Shown in pieces: positions 43,169 through 47,115 of a DNA stretch of 47,115 bases (the first letter of the stretch is position 1; each line of letters starts with the position of its first letter). Origin of the DNA: Candidatus Methanophagales archaeon (GTDB lineage: Archaea > Halobacteriota > Syntropharchaeia > Alkanophagales > Methanospirareceae); the NCBI GenBank assembly GCA_023131215.1, contig JAGLZV010000097.1:1-47115 (forward strand). The letters are read 5' to 3'. Below the pieces are notes generated by a model. It was not told the DNA's origin. It did no database searches and saw only the letters and a list, made by a program, of their open reading frames with translations. The translations under genes and the position numbers were made by a program.

Positions 43169-45085
43169 GTGAGCGGTATAATGGTTCAACAAGAACAAAA
43201 AGGAAAATACAAAATTATCGTAATGGCTACCCTTTTAGGTATTTGCTGCTTTCTCACTTATTACTTTCGTGTGCATGAAGTCTACACAGTTTTTACTCAC
43301 TTCTTTTACATTCCGATTATCTTAGCATCGTTGTGGTGGAGAAGAAAGGGTTTAGCTGTGGCGATATCTTTAGCGGGGTTGCTAATTTTCAGTCATCTTT
43401 TTATTGGAATGGAGGCGGAGACTATTTATGATTTGATGCGATCTTCTATGTTTATTAATGATTTAATGCGATCTTCTATGTTTGTGGTTATTGCCCTGGT
43501 GACTGCTATGTTAAGTGAGCGGATTGCGAAGATGATTGATAGCCTCAATCTAATTGGCGGTGAAGTAGCGAGGGTAGCAAGGGAAGTAGGAGTAGAAGGG
43601 AATCTTGGCGCGCAGGGGGAAGTGCCGGATGTTGCAGGGGTTTGGAAAGAGCTGACTGATAATGTGAACATGCTGTCTGCAAACCTGAGAGACCAGGTTA
43701 GAGATATTGCGAAGGTAGCCACCGCATTAGCCAGTGGTGACCTCACACAAAAAATCACGGTGGATGCAAAAGGAGAGCTACTGGAGCTAAAAGACACAAT
43801 CAACAGCATGGTTGACCGTCTCAATCTAATTGGCGGTGAAATAACAAGAGTAGCAAGGGAAGTAGGAGTAGAAGGGAATCTTGGCGTGCAGGTGGAAGTG
43901 CCGGGTGTTGCGGGAGCTTGGAAGGAGCTGACTGATAATGTGAACATGCTGGCTGCAAACGTGGCAAATCAGGTTAGAGATATTGCTAAGGTAGCCACCG
44001 CATTAGCCAATGGTGACCTCACACAAAAAATCACGGTGGATGCAAAAGGGGAGCTACTGGAGCTAAAGGACACAATCAACAGCATGGTTGATAGTCTCAA
44101 CGACCTTGTTACCCGGGTGAGGGATTCCGCAAATAGGGTTGCCTCAGCCGCTCAGAATTGCAGAGCCTCGGATGCCGAGATGAGCACATCCATAACACAG
44201 GTAGCAGCAGCAGTGCAGCAGATAGCAAAGGGTGCACAGGAGCAGGCACAGAAGACAGAGGCGACATTCAGGTCTGTTGAGCAGATTTCAAAGGCTGCTT
44301 CCGAGGTATCCGACAGAGTGGAAGAGGTGAACAAGGCAACATCTGCTGCGAATGAGAGTTGCCAGAGATGTCGTAAAACAGCGGATGAGGTTGCCGAAAG
44401 CATGCAGAGAATATCAGAGGTGGCAGAGAAAACATCAGCAACAGTTGATGGCATGACGCAGAGGGCTGAGGAAATTACTAAGACACTGGGTGTTATCACA
44501 GATATCGCATCTCAGACAAACCTGCTTGCATCGAATGCCGCAATAGAGGCTACGAGAGCTGGTGAGGCAGGCAGGGGTTTCGCTGTGGTTGCAGGAGAAG
44601 TGCGCAGGCTTGCAGAGAGCAGCAAAAAATCCGCAGATGAGATTGCAGAACTTGTGAAGTCTGTACAGAAGGAAACAGTATCTGCTTCTGAGGCGGCGAA
44701 AACAATGGCAGAAATTGTAACAGCAGGCATGGAAGCAACAGCTAAAAGCCCACCAATTCGTGATAACGTCACATTTACAATGAAGCAGACATTAAATGCA
44801 GCACAGGCGATTTCAGAAGCAGCAGCCCAGCAGAAAACGAGTATTGAATCTATTGTAAAGATGGTGGAGAAGGTATCCACGATTGCTGAGGAAACAGCAT
44901 CAAGTTCTGAGGAATCTGCAGCATCTGCCCAGCAACTAACCTCCGCTATGGAAGAGCTTACAACTTCAGGTCAGGAGCTGGCAGGCATTGCCGCAGAACT
45001 CCAGGATGCAGTAACAAGGTTCAAACTCGGTGGTGAAGCAGTGGAGGTTAAAGCAGCCAAAAAAGTGCCAAGAGAAAATAAATAA
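43169..45085 (+). CDS. Methyl-accepting chemotaxis protein with tandem HAMP-type repeats
   Basis: N-terminal TM segments and two 92-aa HAMP-pair repeats. The conserved signalling hairpin [38 protein letters not shown] is present. Confidence 0.85.
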   Translation: MSGIMVQQEQKGKYKIIVMATLLGICCFLTYYFRVHEVYTVFTHFFYIPIILASLWWRRKGLAVAISLAGLLIFSHLFIGMEAETIYDLMRSSMFINDLMRSSMFVVIALVTAMLSERIAKMIDSLNLIGGEVARVAREVGVEGNLGAQGEVPDVAGVWKELTDNVNMLSANLRDQVRDIAKVATALASGDLTQKITVDAKGELLELKDTINSMVDRLNLIGGEITRVAREVGVEGNLGVQVEVPGVAGAWKELTDNVNMLAANVANQVRDIAKVATALANGDLTQKITVDAKGELLELKDTINSMVDSLNDLVTRVRDSANRVASAAQNCRASDAEMSTSITQVAAAVQQIAKGAQEQAQKTEATFRSVEQISKAASEVSDRVEEVNKATSAANESCQRCRKTADEVAESMQRISEVAEKTSATVDGMTQRAEEITKTLGVITDIASQTNLLASNAAIEATRAGEAGRGFAVVAGEVRRLAESSKKSADEIAELVKSVQKETVSASEAAKTMAEIVTAGMEATAKSPPIRDNVTFTMKQTLNAAQAISEAAAQQKTSIESIVKMVEKVSTIAEETASSSEESAASAQQLTSAMEELTTSGQELAGIAAELQDAVTRFKLGGEAVEVKAAKKVPRENK

Positions 45086-45102
45086 TGGGGTTGCGATAAT
45101 AC

Positions 45103-45567
45103 ATGCCAGGAGAAAGAACCGTTACAGATGCAGAGGAGACGAAACCTTATGTAATCTTCAGACTTGGAGATGAGGAATTCGGCGTGGATGTGATGAACAT
45201 AAAGGAAATTGCAAAGATAACAACAATTACAAGGGTTCCTCGCTCCGCCGATTTTATTGAGGGCGTAATAAATCTCAGGGGCTGCCTGGCAACAGTCATA
45301 AACCTCAGGAAAAGGTTTGGTTTTGAGCCTAAGGAAATAGATGCGGATTCAAGGATAATTATAGCAGAGTTTGAGGACAACCTTATTGGAATGCTTGTTG
45401 ATGCTGCAACAGAGGTATTGAGGATTCCTGTATCCAATATTGAGGCAACGCCTGAGAAGGTTACAACAGAGATTTCCGAGGAGTATCTGAGTGGTGTGGG
45501 CAAGGTTGAGAACCGGCGCATCATCTTACTTGACCTGAAACAAGTGTTGGCGGAGAAGGAAGGATGA
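45103..45567 (+). CDS. cheW: Chemotaxis coupling protein CheW
   Basis: YVIFRLGDEEFGVDV...VINLRG...IIAEFEDNLIGMLVD pattern. Confidence 0.85.
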   Translation: MPGERTVTDAEETKPYVIFRLGDEEFGVDVMNIKEIAKITTITRVPRSADFIEGVINLRGCLATVINLRKRFGFEPKEIDADSRIIIAEFEDNLIGMLVDAATEVLRIPVSNIEATPEKVTTEISEEYLSGVGKVENRRIILLDLKQVLAEKEG

Positions 45568-45589
45568 GGATGACGATGCATGATAAAAT

Positions 45590-45625
45590 GTTTCTTTGAT
45601 CAAACTTTCTTTTCAAGAAAGTTTG
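45590..45625. repeat. Short copy of the TTTCTTTGATCAAACTTTC hairpin module
   Basis: GTTTCTTTGATCAAACTTTCTTTTCAAGAAAGTTTG is the reverse complement of 14391-14427. Confidence 0.6.
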
Positions 45626-45655
45626 TGTTATAAAAAGGAGGGGAACAAATAAGAA

Positions 45656-46048
45656 ATGGAAAAGGGGAAGGGAAAGGAAAAGGAAAAGACAAGAATATTG
45701 TTAGTGGACGATTCTACATACATAAGGACGGTTCTTGGCAGCATAATAACCGAGGCTGGATTTGAAGTCGCAGGCGAAGCCGCAGATGGCGAAGAGGCAA
45801 TTCGGAAGTATATGAACCTCAAACCCGACTTGGTATTGATGGACGTTATAATGGAACCCATGAACGGAAATGCAGCGACGAAGGCGATACTTGATACAGA
45901 CCCTGAGGCGAAGATATTGATGGTTACGGTGTTGGAAGACAAAGACATACTTGCGGATTTGATGCGGATAGGAGCAAAAGGCTATATCACAAAACCTTTT
46001 TCAAAAAATAAAATTGCAGAGAAAATAAAGGAGATTATGGGGGAATAG
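45656..46048 (+). CDS. cheY: CheY-like single-domain response regulator
   Basis: ILLVDDS, DLVLMDVIMEP (phospho-acceptor Asp), MVTV and KGYITKPF receiver motifs. Confidence 0.8.
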   Translation: MEKGKGKEKEKTRILLVDDSTYIRTVLGSIITEAGFEVAGEAADGEEAIRKYMNLKPDLVLMDVIMEPMNGNAATKAILDTDPEAKILMVTVLEDKDILADLMRIGAKGYITKPFSKNKIAEKIKEIMGE

Positions 46049-46055
46049 AAAAGGG

Positions 46056-46085
46056 GATGCAGGATGCAAGATACAGGATACAAGA
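46056..46085. repeat. Tandem RCARGAT heptamers
   Basis: GATGCAGGATGCAAGATACAGGATACAAGA between cheY and the next gene. Confidence 0.6.
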
Positions 46086-46110
46086 GGGGTTATAAAAGGA
46101 GGGGGTAAAG

Positions 46111-46686
46111 TTGCCTGAAATAGAAAAAGAAGGAAATGGATTCGAAGAAGAAATGCTGGAGCAAATATTGAAGACTGCCGCTTTAAAGTCCCTGATTTAT
46201 TTGCAATTCTTTATTGGCAGACTGATCAAAGTCGAATCGCTATCCATCCACTGGACAGCTAAGCAATTAAGAATAGGAAAGGATTATGTTATATCCGGGA
46301 TAGAGTTAAGAGCGAAAAGTGAGCTGGTTGGAAGCATATACCTTATATTTCCATTCGAAATCGCACACCGACTTACAAAAGATATGTACGGGGAGTTGAT
46401 TCCGGAGATTTATCATAAACATGTTTTAGATATGGTCGAGGAGATGACCAATATTGTTTCTGTTCCTCTCAGTGAGACCGCCACTTTTTTTTCACGTAAT
46501 ACGCCTGTCATTCCTTCGGTTGCTCGTATAGTCGGCTACGATGAATTCAAATCTTTACCGTTAGCGGAGGCATTGGCTTTAGAATTAAAAATGGATGGCG
46601 AAATGAACGGGAATATATACTTTGTGATGGAGGAAGGAACCGTAAAGAAACTAAAGAGAATGCTGAGAAGGAGGGAGAGGGAGTAG
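46111..46686 (+). CDS. CheC/CheX-family phosphatase-like protein
   Basis: One D-x3-E-x2-N motif (LDMVEEMTNIV) with Pro about 21 residues downstream. Located in the che cluster. TTG start. Confidence 0.5.
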   Translation: MPEIEKEGNGFEEEMLEQILKTAALKSLIYLQFFIGRLIKVESLSIHWTAKQLRIGKDYVISGIELRAKSELVGSIYLIFPFEIAHRLTKDMYGELIPEIYHKHVLDMVEEMTNIVSVPLSETATFFSRNTPVIPSVARIVGYDEFKSLPLAEALALELKMDGEMNGNIYFVMEEGTVKKLKRMLRRRERE

Positions 46687-46732
46687 ATACAGGATACAAG
46701 ATGCAGGATACATAATACAGGATGCAAGATGC
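46686..46732. repeat. Tandem RCARGAT heptamers (about 6 units)
   Basis: GATACAGGATACAAGATGCAGGATACATAATACAGGATGCAAGATGC. Confidence 0.6.
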
Positions 46733-46742
46733 GGGGAGGGAG

Positions 46743-46982
46743 ATGGCATTTCAGACGTATAAGGATTTGGAAATATATCAATTGAGCCATGAATTGGCAA
46801 TTAAAATTCACAAGGTAAGCCTTAGCTTGCCGAAATTTGAATTATATGAAGAAGGGAGTCAAGTGAGGAGAGCGGCTAAGTCCATTCCAGCCAATATCGT
46901 TGAGGGATTTGGTCGCAGGCGATATAAAAATGAATTTATCAGATTTCTCACATTCGCATTAGCATCATGTGATGAAAGGTAG
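46743..46982 (+). pseudogene. Four-helix-bundle protein (23S rRNA intervening-sequence protein family), C-terminally truncated
   Basis: [24 protein letters not shown]...[31 protein letters not shown] is the typical family N-terminus. It ends about 40 aa short, right after SCDE. Confidence 0.6.
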
Positions 46983-47029
46983 TGTCCTAACGTGCAGTTG
47001 ATATATAGGTAGATTAGCTACCTATATTT

Positions 47030-47115
47030 ATGACAAATAACAAATTAGAGGCAGATCCTAAAAAGGAGTTTTGCTCTGATCCAAACTGCCGTGATTACGG
47101 CAAACGGGGTGTGGG
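47030..47115 (+). mobile_element. Possible start of a transposase (N-terminal zinc-ribbon), running off the window
   Basis: MTNNKLEADPKKEFCSDPNCRDYGKRGV resembles the CxxxxC..G N-termini of IS1-like transposases. It is preceded by a 9-bp-stem hairpin at 47004-47026. Confidence 0.3.

Noticed and set aside
43426-44880. Minus-strand ORFs inside the MCP gene (43426-43947, 44152-44499, 44512-44880)
   Set aside because: They are antisense to an unambiguous chemoreceptor. Their internal repeats merely mirror the HAMP duplication, and they are Ser/Thr/Ala-rich low complexity.

Overview
The gene content is archaeal (euryarchaeal, methanogen/ANME-like): a group II chaperonin, a class I CCA-adding enzyme, an RFC-like clamp-loader subunit, and TATA-like boxes upstream of genes. 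Housekeeping genes: tRNA thiolation protein, gatC, cca, purC, hisB, moaA, trpA, tRNA-Gln, GH38 mannosidase and a sugar nucleotidyltransferase. Three accessory blocks interrupt this backbone. (1) 1.0-4.5 kb holds a HEPN-MNT pair, an Mrr-type endonuclease and an unassigned 441-aa protein with a PD-(D/E)xK-like C-terminus. (2) 15.1-20.5 kb holds a radC-like gene, a fused nuclease-methyltransferase and a separate S subunit (BcgI/Type IIB-like), followed by an orphan MNT flanked by direct repeats. (3) 22.6-31.8 kb is an all-minus-strand cassette-like island. It carries a tight HerA ATPase / NurA-like nuclease / Dam-like methyltransferase operon, a nucleoside phosphorylase, a SAM methyltransferase, a DUF433-DUF5615 pair and a GC-richer HNH+helical-repeat protein. 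The cassettes are separated by copies of a GCGTATAAC...GTTATACGC repeat family. The HerA-NurA-like-methyltransferase operon is my best candidate for an undescribed restriction-modification-like defence system. Also present are an expanded Feo iron-uptake locus (split FeoB, five FeoA domains, extra membrane/secreted/FeoC-like genes) and a chemotaxis cluster (poly-HAMP MCP, cheW, cheY, CheC/CheX-like). The chemotaxis cluster ends at a truncated four-helix-bundle gene next to a possible IS start. The window is unusually rich in short dispersed repeat families. Some of them contribute codons to annotated ORFs, including an in-frame copy inside the RFC-like gene. No CRISPR array or rRNA was seen. 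All assignments come from motif recognition by eye; no database search was run.
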